DNA of 64,000 nt from Utricularia gibba. Its lineage: Eukaryota > Plantae > Magnoliophyta. The notes beneath the pieces are model-generated. The model saw only the letters and a list, made by a program, of their open reading frames with translations, did no database searches and was not told the origin of the DNA. Position numbers and translations under genes: made by a program. The stretch lies in contig NEEC01000024.1 of assembly GCA_002189035.1 (NCBI GenBank), forward strand, positions 682,001-746,000, given 5' to 3'. Of this stretch, positions 23,376-36,864 are shown in pieces (positions within the stretch are counted from its first letter, which is position 1; the number at the start of each line of letters is the position of its first letter).

Positions 23376-25337
23376 CCAATGTTATTATGCTAGTTGTTGC
23401 AAATTCCTCCCTCACTTGCCACTGCAGAAGTAACATGGCTACAATACATTCTTGAGGATCTCAATGTCTGATTGAGGAAAACACCACACCTTTATTGTGA
23501 CAATCTTAGTGCTCTCCATCTTACCATCAACCCTATCTATTATGCTTGGAGCAAGCATATCAAGTGGGAATACCACTTTGTCAGAGAACGAATTGCTTTG
23601 AGATATTTGTTCACTCATCATATTTTCAAAAGACATCAACTTGCCGATCTCTTTACTAAGAGGATGCCTAAATAAAGACTTCAATATCCAGGAAGGCAAA
23701 TACATCTATCTCCTCACAATGCTAATGACATGGCAAATGAAGAGAAAGAACAATCTCAAGTGTGAAGCTTTGCCTAGCTTCGCTTGAGGGAGAATGAAAA
23801 AATAAGGAAATCGGTGGAGCAATAAGAGAGGAAGACACAAGATTGAAGGCAAGTGGGATATGGTGACTCGGCGAGTATTTCATTGTGTCAAATTTCTTGT
23901 ATTTTAGTAATTCCAACATCAATGCAAAATAAAAATGAAATCAAGAAAGCAATCTCCAGATTCATCTCAATAACCAAGAAATTGCATATAATTTGTTTTG
24001 GAAAGTTTATTTACTTGCTTAAAATAATGGTCTCAATTGCAAGTATTTAACACATGAAAAAATCAAACAAATATTTTCTTCTCAAATTTATGCTTCTTTC
24101 AAAATTCTTGCAAATCCTACCATTGAGTAAAACAACAAGGTTCCTAACCTGACCACGTTGAGTCTGAGCAGTCTTCTTTGCCTTGAATGTGTCGACTGAT
24201 CGACCATCTAACAACACCTTGTCAAGAAACTCACTTGTGGCATCACCATCTTCATCTCAATCCTTGGGTGATAGATGAATAGAGTGAATGGGCTCTAGCA
24301 TCAAAGACCTATAAATCTAATCCTAACTGCCCAACTGTAGTGAACCCGAATTCCACCATCACTAGCATTGCAAATACATAAGAACTGATGGAAGACACCA
24401 TTCGAAGGGGACACTATAGCCTCAACAAGCAAATGGAGGGGCCATGTCCTTAGAGTCTAAGCCTTGACAAAATACTCGTTTTTTTTTTTGTAAAATGTCT
24501 TAAATTTACCAACAAAAAAATTAAATAATCAATTACTGAGTTTGCAATTGGTAGTGAATTTTCCATCAAATTCATAACAAATATATAGTTATCAATTATT
24601 GATAAAATATATTGGAAGGAATGAGGCATTCTATGATTGGCATATGCATATCTCAAAAAGAAATAACTATAATACTCAGATGCTAAAAAGCATAGTACTA
24701 TATTTATTGAGATGCTTTTGAAACTCATAAAACCAACTTGTAAAAGTTTTGTTCCTGATATATAAATATTAAAGGAAGTTGACTAAGTTGCCTAATAAGA
24801 AGATCATGTAGTTAAAAGTCAACATCAAAGGGTCAAAATTTCCAAACGCAAAATGTAATTGGCAAGATAGCAAGTGCGTTGATCAATCAATGTTGTAATA
24901 AAAAAAAATCTCTTTTGCAATTATTCAACTTTTTGGGGGTGTGTCATGCTTATTGTTTATTCTTGTGAAACAAAGAGAAAAACATGAAGAATAATAACCT
25001 GAAAAATGAGAAAACCGAGAGTGCTTCTACTCACACCAGAGGATGAAATCCACTAAATATTAAAAATCTAGTAGTGGAATAAAAATTTAGTTGGTGTGGT
25101 AGTGGATTCTATGGATAGTTACAGGAGCAAAGGATACTTATAGAGGATGTTTAATAGACTTATGATAATTGGAATAAATGAGAAATATCTCCTTCCTTTT
25201 GAGGTGAAGTTGATATCCTTTTATAGATGAGTACTTATATTTTAGAGGATCTTAGATATGGAAAGATATGGAGAAGATTTTTATTTTCATATATTATCTT
25301 AGAGAAAATATCCTTCTATAGATATTCTTTCAGACTT

Positions 25338-26379
25338 TTTATTTTGCGCATAAGTACCGTAATTGTGTTATTTTAGTTCCAACCTTCTAATAATTTTATT
25401 CGAGTAATGTAGTGCAGGTCGCAACACAAATCCCAAGGAGCCGAATATGCACAATGTAGTGGCATTAGATAAGTCAAAAAGTCTGAAAAGTGGTACACAC
25501 AAAATCCAACGAGGAAAAAGGGAGATTTTGGACAACTTTCTAGAGAAGTCAGATCTCCTTTTGGAAATTCATGAACAACTTTCTAGAGAAGGTTTTCTGG
25601 GGAGGAATAAGGATGAAGACGAACAATAACTAAGCTCATGTTTGAAGATTATTTTCTGTTTTCCAAGGATTATTACTCCTAGTTAAGATTAGCTAGCGAC
25701 GTTTTCTAGCTTTCTGTTGAATATTTCAGTTTCCTGCTTGTTTATTTTCTAGTAGTTGACTGAGACATGAATGCATTGTGGATGATGTTTTCTCTTCTAT
25801 TTTCGTTTGTTTTAAGCATGAGTGGCTAAGCACTTAGGGGGTGCCTTGGGGTGAAAAGGGGAGAAATATGCTAATCTATCCGTAGACCTAATAAACCATA
25901 AGTCACGCCACTTACTTAAAACCAGGATAGATCCAGGAGGGGGAAGTAGTGAAACCCAACTTAACAACCCTAATTAGAGGTAGACCAAAGATTAGGGGGA
26001 AAAACAAGAGTCCAGGTAGACCTAGACCTTGTGAGTTAGTTGTATGATTTGTGGTTTGTATGAGCTTGTTTAGTGATGAGCATACATTCCCTAGGAGTCC
26101 CAAGGCATCATCCATTTCATTCAAGAAACAACTGAGCTCCAGAACTTATTACTTTTCTTTACTGTATTTCGTTTCAGTTCTGCCTTAGTCCTAACTAAGA
26201 CCAATTTTACCAGTATGACATTAATTTCTTGCATTAAGTTTCACATAGCAAGCACCTGCTCTTCGTGTTCGACCCTAATCACTATGCTCATAATTGTTTT
26301 ATGTTTGAAGGTGTATTAGGTTATAAATTTATTTTATAGGAAGATTTACATTTACGACATGTAAATTTTTCGTTTATCA
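25338..26379 (+). mobile_element. 5'-truncated LTR (family 1)
   Basis: High similarity to 2260-3343 and to the reverse complement of 20789-21800. Ends TTTTCGTTTATCA at 26379. The first ~85 bp are missing and no TSD was found. Confidence 0.88.
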
Positions 26380-29299
26380 GAATCTCTCTCCAATAGATCT
26401 TCATGTAAGATTGCTATGGGCACTTTATATTTAAGTGAAGCTCATGGGAAATATGTTCCAAGGTATTACACACCTGGGTTTTCCATTCATAAGAAGTGTC
26501 TTCCCAGGTTGGTTGACTTATCCATGTTTTCTCCAGAGATAAGTACATTATGAGATTCCATCATTGCCTTTATGTGTGAAGTCGTTCTTAGACACTTGGT
26601 GCTCAAGGGTCAACATCCAAATGTAATATCATCTCCGACGTTGCTTACCCAAGACATCTCTCCATAGGCAACACCTTCTCAACTATTATGCACCAAGATG
26701 TTCATAGGTAGTATCTTTTCAAGCATTATGCACCTAGAGTCCTCCCAGGGACTACATACCCTAGTTTTCAGCCCATAGGGAATGGTTTGTTGAGCTCTAT
26801 CTAGCTGGCCTTTTTGCATATCTCACTCGAGTCTTACTAGTGTGGTTCTATCCATTCATGCATTCAATTCTTGGGCATTCCTCCACTTGAATGCTATTTG
26901 CTTAAAATTTTGTTATGGATGTGTCAATCAAGAAGATCGCTATTTCCAATTTGTTCCGTATTAGAATGTTTCTATATGAATACACAACTTAATTCGAAGA
27001 CCACTACATCACATTGCCATGGGCATTGACAAAAGTTTTGTATTTGAAATTTTGTTGTGTATTTGATTAATTTTAAATCTTTTTGAATAATATTAGTTTT
27101 AATGTGCATGTTGTAGACAAGCAAAAGTTTTCAACAAATTTATCATCTTTTAATTTGTTTCGATGGCACTCATTTAATAAAGGTGAAAAGAAAAGTACTC
27201 ATTGCTATGGTTCTAGACTCAGTTAATAGCATTTTTCCGTATGGGTTGACATGAAGTGAGAGCAAACACATTTGATCTTGCTTCTTAAAAACATTGGATG
27301 TGAATATAAGCATTTTGAGAGACAATGAGGGTATGTTTTGCATCATATTGAACTATAGAATTAGACTTTTTCTTGCATTCCCACATGTATTTTCATACAT
27401 TCAGGTATATTCTATTTTTTTAACTACGTGATTGATAAATTGACACTGTATAGTATACATCATTTTATTCATCTGTTGCAACATAAAAATTTTTTTCATC
27501 ACCTTATAAATAATGTAGCTCGAGCTATACAATGAAATGCACCAATTGTGAACGTTGTGTGGTAAGCCACTAATCTAGATTGTATGTAAACTTGAATTGC
27601 TAGATAGATGCATTAAAGGAGTGCTCGATGAAAGCATGGAATAAATACGAGTATGTAGCCTAGTACATATTCTAGTGTCGAATTGAAGTGTTATAAGTTT
27701 GTCAATTTTAATCTTTTAGGATATCATTAACTTTTGAATTAGAATTAATTTATTGATTGATTATCTTCAAGTATGAGAGCATTATGCAAAGCGAGACATA
27801 CGAGATTTTCTAGCATGGAACTGAAGTATTCAAAGGAAACCATAGAGGATGTTGAAGCCACCATTGAATCTCTTATATTTTTTGTGGTTGTTTACAATCC
27901 AAGTGACATAACAAATTCTGAACAATCTTGTACTATTTGGTCTTCACATACCATAACACTCAAATGCGGTTGGGATAAGGGGCCATGTACTGAGATGTAC
28001 AAAGTATTCAAGGTTTCCATCATGTAATAATGGGTATAGGGTGTCCAAGCGAGTTCTCGTTGAGTGCAAGGCTTGATATCTAGTATAGAAAGGTTTTCAA
28101 AAGTTATTTTAAGTATAGGGTGTCCAAGCAAGTTTTTGATCTGAGTGTAAGGCTCATTTTTTAGTATAAAGCTCGAAAAATGTAGCCAAGTGTTGTTGGG
28201 CTTTGCAAGTTTTTAGGGTAACCAAGCATGGTCACGCATTCCCAAAAATAGAGGGGATTTTAATTTAGGGTCTTCATGAGATGAAAATTGTTGAATGAAA
28301 GGAATTACGGGGTATTTATAAAGGTTCAAATTGAAAATTATCAAAATATCTCAATACTCTTATTCCTTCATATTATCTTTGATTTGAATGTTTTTTTGTT
28401 GCCTTTTTTCTTTCAAATAATTTATCTTGAAAAATTCATTAGTTTTTCTGTAAACACTCCATGTAGGTGCTGGATGATTAGGAATAATCTTGGGTCAAGG
28501 TTACAACCATAGAGGATATTTTGTTCATCCTGTCAAGGGAAGTCCATTAATCTCTTTCAAAAATACTCTTGGTTTTTCAATGGTTAGAACACAAAATATT
28601 TCTAAATAATTGTGTCTAATCGTTCAACACTATACTGAAGAATGAGTGCAGTCCTCAGCTTTTTGAGATACTTGTAGTGTAAGTGATGCAAGTGCATCGA
28701 TATATTGTGAAAATAATGTGTTATATGAAAATAGAGCAATAATGCCTATCAGTGCTTGATTAGAAGAGTCTCTTATCAATTGAGCATTTCTTGGGTGAGT
28801 CTATAAGGCATGTTACATCTTGGATGCATGGTAAGCGGGTGGCAAACTATGCATGTCTTGTTGTAGGAGTTCCACACAAGTAGGCATATAGGTTGTTTAG
28901 GAAATAACATTTTTTTGTGCTTAGAATTCTGTCTCGTCTAGTCTAGTGGAATGTGGTTGATGTGTTGCTTAAGCTTTAGCTTCGGAAAAAAGTGAGATTT
29001 TTTACAACCTAAATTGTTTGATTCTATTGGGGTATATTTGGTGAGGCTGAATTAAAAAGAAAGAATATGCATTATTAACTATTTAATTTTTAGTTTGTGG
29101 AGATCTTCAAAGATGGAGCATGTTGTTTGAGTTTATATGCATTGATTTTGTGTAGTTGGAGTTGGACTACTTTACTAACTAAATATTCAATTTATGAGTT
29201 GATCTTACTCTAAAATGCAATTATTTATTTTTTTTCTTCAGAGTTGGGCTTCAAAAATTTCTAATTTCTCACTTTTAGAATTTCAATAATGGGTAGATG

Positions 29300-30690
29300 C
29301 TGCTTCCCAATCGCTGTTAGTTTTTGAATTTCTGAAGACTTAATGTGGACATCTTTGATAGGTCATAGAATTTCGAAAATAGAAACTGGTGCTCATATGA
29401 GCGCAAGCATTAATTAATTTTTGGATGGGAGAAAGTGGTGTATAAAGTTGTGAGACTTGACTTGTACTCACAGAACTTCCAAACCAATCCACAGGTCTAT
29501 CATGTAAAATCATTTTGAAAACTATCCATTGTCAAAAATATCTTTTACAAGTACTATAAATGAGCTCAAAAGCTTTATATAACCCATACCATGTACAATG
29601 ATATGGGATTCTATAACCAATAGTAGTTTTAATAGACGTAATTACTGTTACCATGTTTGTACCTGTATTTGCCTTTACAAAAAGTTTCGCTATCTTCACA
29701 ATGTATTCTAAATTAACAATTTTGTGTCAGAAAAAAACTGACACTGAGTCATCTACGCATGTGAGGGTCGGTGTGTTTAGTAAGTGTGTTTAATAATTTT
29801 TTACTCTTCAATCCTTTTATGGTAAGTAACACGATTTTCCATTTGCAGTTGATTTTTTTGTGATGTTTGCATATCATGGTAAGCACCCCTTATTCACTAT
29901 CATTAACTATATACTCTTTTCCAATTTCTATTGAAAATTCTAGGACTACTCTACAAAAATCTTCTTTCATAGAAAACCATTGCTCCTTCGAAAACATCAA
30001 CTTAGGGTGATGAAAGTGGTTCATCTGAAGGGTCACGTACTTTTGCTAAAGCAGCCATCAGTACCCATTGTGTATCTCTTAATTCTTCTTCTTGTTCTTC
30101 CTCTTCAACCTTAGAATCCAAGTTTTCATGATCTTCTTCATGGGAAACATCTGCACCAAGCATTTCATAGTATTGTTCTAATTAAACATTGAATGAACAT
30201 CAATATTTGAGGCTGAACCAAAGTCATATTCCACCTAATCATCTTAATTTTTTTGTAAGAAATCATAGTAGTTGTGCTCACTAACCACCTCATTCAGATT
30301 TGGTATTTTGATAATAACCAAGTGGTTGGGATGAATGTGCCGGAACATAAACTCCACTTGAGCTTGCAATGAATTGATGACTATCAAGTATGGCAAATAA
30401 ATTCACCGAAATAGTGGTATGAATAGTGTTGTAAAGAAAGAGTAAGTTCATTTGGGATGATAGTTGCATGTAGTGCATTTCACTCCTTTCAGAATTGTAA
30501 TACTGGATCGAAAGCCACATATCATATAGAGAGGTTAAAACTTTAATTACCTCATATAATTCGAATTGTAGATCATCTATGTCAAACTGCATGATTTGTA
30601 TAAGGGGTTTGACATAAGAAATGTAACTTCCATCGTTGAGTATATTGCCTCCGAAAAATACTTTGTACATAATGTTGGTAAAGCAAAAAC
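29300..30690 (-). mobile_element. Highly degenerate MuDR/MULE transposase remnant
   Basis: Peptides read in order on the minus strand: PB1-like N-terminus (VFFGGNILNDG...FDIDDLQFELYEVIK), acidic linker, MuDR-like KEDFCRVVLEFSI...CKWKI, then GYRIPYHCTWYGLYKAFELIY. Many stops and frameshifts; boundaries approximate. Confidence 0.55.
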
Positions 30691-32229
30691 TTGCAGATCT
30701 CCTTATGATAATGAAGAACAGTCTATTGTGGACACAACTGTTGCATGGTAATTGTTTTAAGCATCCACCAATGACATGGTATGAATTAAAAATAATATAA
30801 TTTGATAAAGTGAAATATGTCAGCATCGGTCAAATCCTATTTTTTAAGGGTATGAAAAAAATTATTGGAAATAACCTATAATTATTCATAAAATGGAACA
30901 CAAAGTCCAAAAAAATTTGTTGCTTTTAACAATGAAGATACAATAATTATTCAATCCTGATTATTATTGCATATTTAATAATATATAAAAAAAATACATT
31001 TGAATTTAGTAACTTTAAAATAACAAAAATATTATATTAACTCTTTAAACATGTTGGACATAGTTGTACCTCACATTGTGTCACTCATTTATCAAAGAAA
31101 GCAATCAAATTGTAATTTGATAATGTAATTACGATGAGCCTTGTTATGTTAATCAAATGTAATTGTGTGAATTATTTACAAGTTGTAAAAAATAAATTCC
31201 ATGCATGCAATGATTGGAAACATGCTAAATTATATTTAGATGGTATTTATTAAAAAAACTTCAAAAAATAAATTTTTTGTCTATTTGTAATATTTAAGAA
31301 TACACTACAAGGTTTAATTTAGAATGTGATTCTTCATGATATTAGCTTTGATTTGTGATGATATATGCAAATTTAAAAACTTGTTTTTCAATGTTTTTAG
31401 ATGAATTCTAAGTAATACTTATTATGTACACTTTTTTATATACAAAATATTATAATTTAATTGGATAATTACGAATTGAGTTATGCTTCGTAGGGTTTTT
31501 GAGGGTTTAGTGTTTTTTTAGAAGTCGTTAGTCGCTGCAATTGAGTGATTACAATGAGTAGAAATTCGCACACAATTTTCCACCCCCTACCCAAAGAGTT
31601 CCCGTGCAGGAAATTTCCTATGATTTCCTTTATTAGTTTTTAATTCTTTTTTAGAATTAGCTTTTTAAGGATCATTGGAAATAAAAATTTGCAGATTTGA
31701 CTGAAAATCACAGTGTTTCAAAATTGACTTCACAGAATCCAACAAAATAATTTATTTTAAAGATGATTTTCCAAAATATTGTTCACCTATACATAAGTGT
31801 CTTATGGTGATATATTCAATTTCCTTTGAGCACTTCTTTCTTTCACTTATGGGCTCTAGAGTAAATTGGTCAACGGATATTTTCCTCAAACTCAATGAAT
31901 ACAAAATGTTTGACAAAATGGACAATGAGAAGTTTAACGATGCATTACTGGAATGGTTCGATATTAATGGTATAGCTATTCTACAAAACATTTTTGATAA
32001 GGATTACAATTACTAATTCTGCCGTTTATTTTGTCAATCCTTTATGGTATTGATACCCCGTTAGCCCAATTACCACAAAATCAATAAGTTATGTTCTAGG
32101 CTTTCTTAAGATTTGAAAAGAACAAAACATACGCTTTGATCTTGGTATTTTTTTTGCTACTACTGTGTGTGCTTATATCAAAAAAGGCAATGACTATACG
32201 CTTTGATTAGGGGTTTATGAAACAGGTAT

Positions 32230-33257
32230 GATGATTAGAGGACATCTTTCAAATGGATTGCACTACCATGTAATTATCAATTTGTTTTTAAATGAACAGT
32301 AGTTAGAAGCAACTGCTTGCACAAGTGCACTAAACAGAATGCCTCGAAAATAATAGAAAAAAGAAGAAATAATCAAAAACTAAATTGCAAAGGAATGTAA
32401 TTCCCTGGCAACGGTGCCAAAAACATTTGCAAATTTAACCCCTACACCTCATATATTGCAGATAGATTAGACAGAATGTGTCTTACCAGCAATGTCCGAT
32501 TGAGACCTTCTCATTACGTGTCCGATTGAGCCATTCTCCTTAGGTGATTGAAGTCAACCTTTGATTATCTCACACTCCCTTCAGATTATGTGATACTAAA
32601 GAGCACGTTGGTAAAAAAAACATTGTGAAAAACAGAATCAAACCAAAAATTAGGTATTGAAAAACATAGTAAAACAATTACACGTGCAGGACTTGCACAA
32701 GCAAGGTTTCACCGTAAATCCTTAGCCGCGAGCGCTCACACGTGCATGCTGGACTCTAAACAAAAAAGTTGACTAAAAATGAAAGGAAGGAATCCAAAAC
32801 ATGCTGGACTCGACTCTACATCCTAAAAGTGACTCTGATGGTCCTTCGATCTTCAAGTTCGGGTCTTTATATAATGGTGATGATTTTCAAGTTTTCTTGA
32901 TGGGCTCATATCTAATCTTTTATCGGAATCTTCTAAGATGTGATACAAATCTTCTAGGATAAGATCTAAATTTTCAAAGATAAGATGCGAATTTTATTTT
33001 ATTCGAGAATTTTTGTTTGGATCTTTATCCAAATAGATCAAATCTTTGCCTTCACCAAAGTTAGCTCGAAAATCTTCTGAATTATACCAAAGTTATCCTG
33101 AAAAATCACAAAACATACTTCTCCTCCAAAAAAAGTAGCATTAAAGGTATAGAAAAATTCTTCTAAAAGTATAAGGAAATAGAAATAAAAGGGATGCGAA
33201 ACCGTCCTAAAATAATCCAAAAAAATATAAATATAAGTGACATAAAATCATTTATAA
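32230..33257 (-). mobile_element. Athila-like 5' remnant: LTR family 2 (32428-33257), tRNA-Asp PBS and 5' leader
   Basis: Minus-strand TGGCACCGTTGCCAGGGAA at 32419-32401. The LTR is homologous to 38920-39695. Confidence 0.8.
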
Positions 33258-36200
33258 GATTTTACCAAGTGATTCATAAAATAAATTTAAAATAAAAAAA
33301 TAGATAGTGTATCCAAATATCACTTTAGAATCAAGTGATGCATAATACAAATTCAAAATAAAAAAAAAATCACTTGAAAAAACGCATTCAATGCAAATCA
33401 CATGTAATGCTCGAATGACTTTATTCTAAAAATATATCACATATTTATTGTTTCAGTAAAATGGTTTAATCAAATGAAATTGAATAATAAATAACAATAA
33501 TTACATATTTTTCAAAATTATATTTAGTTAATATTTTTCAATGTTTATTAAAGTAATTTATTTTTTATAATTTAAAGTATTAATTAATTTATTCATATCA
33601 TTTTAAAAATATTTATTTAAGTATTTTTAAATTTAACAATATTTCAAGTAAATATAAAATATCATATATGGAATTACACAATTGTGGTAACTTGCTTATT
33701 TTAAAATATTATTTACATAGTGACCTTAATCTAGTAATTGCAATGATTATACTAAAATTTTAATAATGAAACTTTCGTCCATGTGAACATACATCATTAG
33801 TACGTACGGTATTTTTCGTTTTTTCGATGATATTTTTAAATCTCAAAATACTTGAAAATATAAATTTTTAAAACCTGAATAAAGCAAGTATTTAATAGTA
33901 AAATTTTTGAAAAATGAATCATTGCTTTCAAATTAATAGAATGGATTTGAAGGAATAGATATTTATAATGATGAAAAACTAGAATGATTGATATTTTATT
34001 ATTAAATTTCATCTAAATTAATTTATATAACATAAATTCTTCTTATATTTTATTAAATTATATGACTATGTTATTTAATATTGATTATTAAATTACCATT
34101 AAAACAAATTATTGTTTAAAATAAAATATAAATTGTCTCAACAATTCAACGAAAAAATTTCGAAATATTTATTTTAAACAAGTAATACATTCTTATTTTT
34201 CAATAATAACAACCAACTCATTTTTTATAATAAATAATCTTTAGTTAATAATTTTGATATTACGAATACAAATTTCACAACACAAATATATTTTCTATGA
34301 ATATTATAAAAAAAAATTTTGTGGGATCCATTTTTATGAAAATTGTTGTTACATATTAAGAAAATACAAATTATGATATTTATAATATATACATACAAAC
34401 ATGCAGGTAGATAGTTTTCTAAATTTAAATATACACATTTCACCCAGTGGATAATTTTATGTAAAAAAAAAAATTTTCAGTGGGTAATTTCAAAAATTAC
34501 CTCTACCATGTCGCATGTGCTCCCCATGCTCCGGTTTTCGTCTTTTGGTGTCAGTCAATTGGAATAAATATTTTATAAACCAGAAAATATTTTACTAACA
34601 AGATGTTGATATAAAAAAGACACAAAGATTGGTTGCAGTTCCAAGGAGGCAAGATGTTGATAATAGAAGAGTATTTTATTTTATTGGGTGGAGCTCAAAT
34701 CTAATGTTGAGTCAAATTTTATCATATTTATGCTATTTCAGTATTAGAGTAAAGGATTATGCAAATTAGAATAAAGAAAAAAGTCAAAATTAGGGTATGA
34801 TTTTGATGAGAAAGTCTACTTGGTTTTATTCATGTGGGTTAAGGAATTTCAAATATTCCAGGGTGTTTCTATTACAATATTCAAACTTATGGAGATTTGT
34901 GAAAAACAGAAAGGGAGAAAATAAGTGATAAAAAACTTAGGAGTATTCTAACAAGGGAATAGAAAAAAGAAATAAAGATTAGTTTCAGTTTCAAGGGGGA
35001 GTATCCATCCCCATTGGGCAGATCCTCGACAAGATTTATCTTGTTGGGTGGAGCTTCATTTCAATGATAACAGAATCAACAAATAAATATTGAAGAAAGG
35101 TGTAAAAATAATTCAATATCATTTTCTTCTTCCCCGTAACAACGTGCTAACGAATCATCTCATCATCTATATGTAATATAAATGATGAACTCCAAGGAGA
35201 TTGATAAGCAGGGAAGCAACTGTGGAGAGGTTTGTAGATAAAGATGCAACAGAGTGTATGGAGTTTATTCATAGTCAGAAATGCTGAGTACAATCTGTGT
35301 ATTATATAGTGCTACTCAATCGAGTTTATAATGCTCTGTCTCTTGGTCTTCTTCAGCCTCTAATGGAGCTTGATCATTATCGGTCCTGCTGATCATTCCG
35401 CCCAATCTTTCTGTCTTTCTTTCTTTCTTTCTACTGCTGATGGTACAGGTATCACTTAAGATACATACACAAACATCATTTCTTATTAATAATTTTCTCT
35501 ACACACATAATTATGTCGGATCTGTTTGCGCTTATCCATGTCTTTCTAATTCACTCGGCCCAACTGGAAGCTACTTACGACCAGGGAGTGTTTATGTTGG
35601 CATATGCTCACTCCATGGACAACAGTAATATGATTCAGATGGGATCATGGATATCAAAGATAAAGACAATAAAGATGAAGTAAAGGTCATTAGTCTTCTT
35701 GTAATTTTACTTGGATTAATCATTAGATCAAGAGTACCAAAAAATCAAAAGCTTTTGAAAGAATTATGACCAATCAATAAAATAATAAAGCATATGATAT
35801 CGAGTTTAATCTACTCAAAATAGAATAAATAGAGTAAAGTTGGATCATGATTTTCTAATTTAATATTAGTATTTTTCTTTTAAGTAGACTTATTTCTCTA
35901 TTTTACATAAGATTTGTTTAGAAATAATTCTGGTTGTAATATATTTGAGAGTAATGCTCTTATTTCTAATTCTTGTAAAACTTTAAACATTTTAGATTTT
36001 GATTGTGATATCTGGTGTGGTTCATCATTATCATATTCTTCCTTGTTCTGTAAGTGTAACACTATTTTCATAATTTAGGCTGTAAAGATATTTATTTATT
36101 GAAGTTTAACTTTTTTTTTTTTTTTCTTGAAAGATTGATTCATTGAAAACCAAGATTTGATTTGATAAATACTTGTTATATGGAGCGATACATAAGTTAT

Positions 36201-36821
36201 TAGCTTTGTTTCTATTCAGTTGTTTTGGATGAAGCGAATATACAACAACTAATGATTTTCCTTACATGTTCCCAGGATCTATTAATATGGATTCCTAAAC
36301 TTGGTGTAAGAAATATGCTCATATCTACGTGTAGACCATTTCTAGATGCCCAGCCGAATTTGTCGAGGACGCGTTTGTGTTAGAGATGAAAGGCAGGGCT
36401 TGACTGTAAAAAAACAGAGCGTGGGGGGGCAGCATAACATTACTTGACTGGAATCTTTGGCTTTTTACATTCCAGCAATTCCAGAAGTTAAGTGGGAGAC
36501 ATGCAAAGACAATCCATGTGCATCTGTGACGAACCCGAATCAAGATATTCATAGAGTTTGCAGTTTCCGAAGTGTTAATTCTTGATACTCCTTTGCCAGA
36601 GCAGTGTTAGATAGTTTGTATTTGCTGGGTCATATGGCGCAAACAAGTTTTGAGATTGCAGTAGGCAACACAAACAAGGCGTGTGTTGAGTGGGAGGATG
36701 GGATAGAAAGAGATTTTGTTAGTAAGGATTACTTTCATAGGGTGAGATAAAATTTTGAAGCGAAAAAGGTATTGTGTTTGGGATTTGACAAGAAATACGA
36801 CCAAAGTTGTTGAATCATGTG

Positions 36822-36864
<43 letters not shown>

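Larger units (their letters stand above)
15372..24112 (+). mobile_element. Old, degenerate full-span Ty1/copia element with TSD AATCC, carrying nested insertions
   Basis: 318-bp LTRs at 15372-15689 and 23795-24112; AATCC at 15367-15371 and 24113-24117. PBS-like TGGTATTAGAGC 15755-15766; PPT GAGGGAGAA 23786-23794. Remnants of gag (~15790), CCHC (~17750), protease (DSSVVNHMT ~17880), integrase (~18250-18500), RT (~18510-19062) and RNase H (YCDNLSALHL, 23400-23690). Confidence 0.9.

Noticed and set aside
28030-28190. ~78-bp degenerate direct duplication (GTATAGGGTGTCCAAGC twice)
   Set aside because: Only two diverged copies inside decayed TE-like DNA; not a CRISPR or a functional array.
27773-28512. 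Short ORFs in the TE island as genes
   Set aside because: No recognisable homology, splice structure or promoter context.
34500-36620. Possible miRNA or TAS precursor (e.g. CTCCTTTGCCA near 36590 resembling a miR399 complement)
   Set aside because: No exact conserved mature miRNA and no convincing fold-back partner seen by eye.
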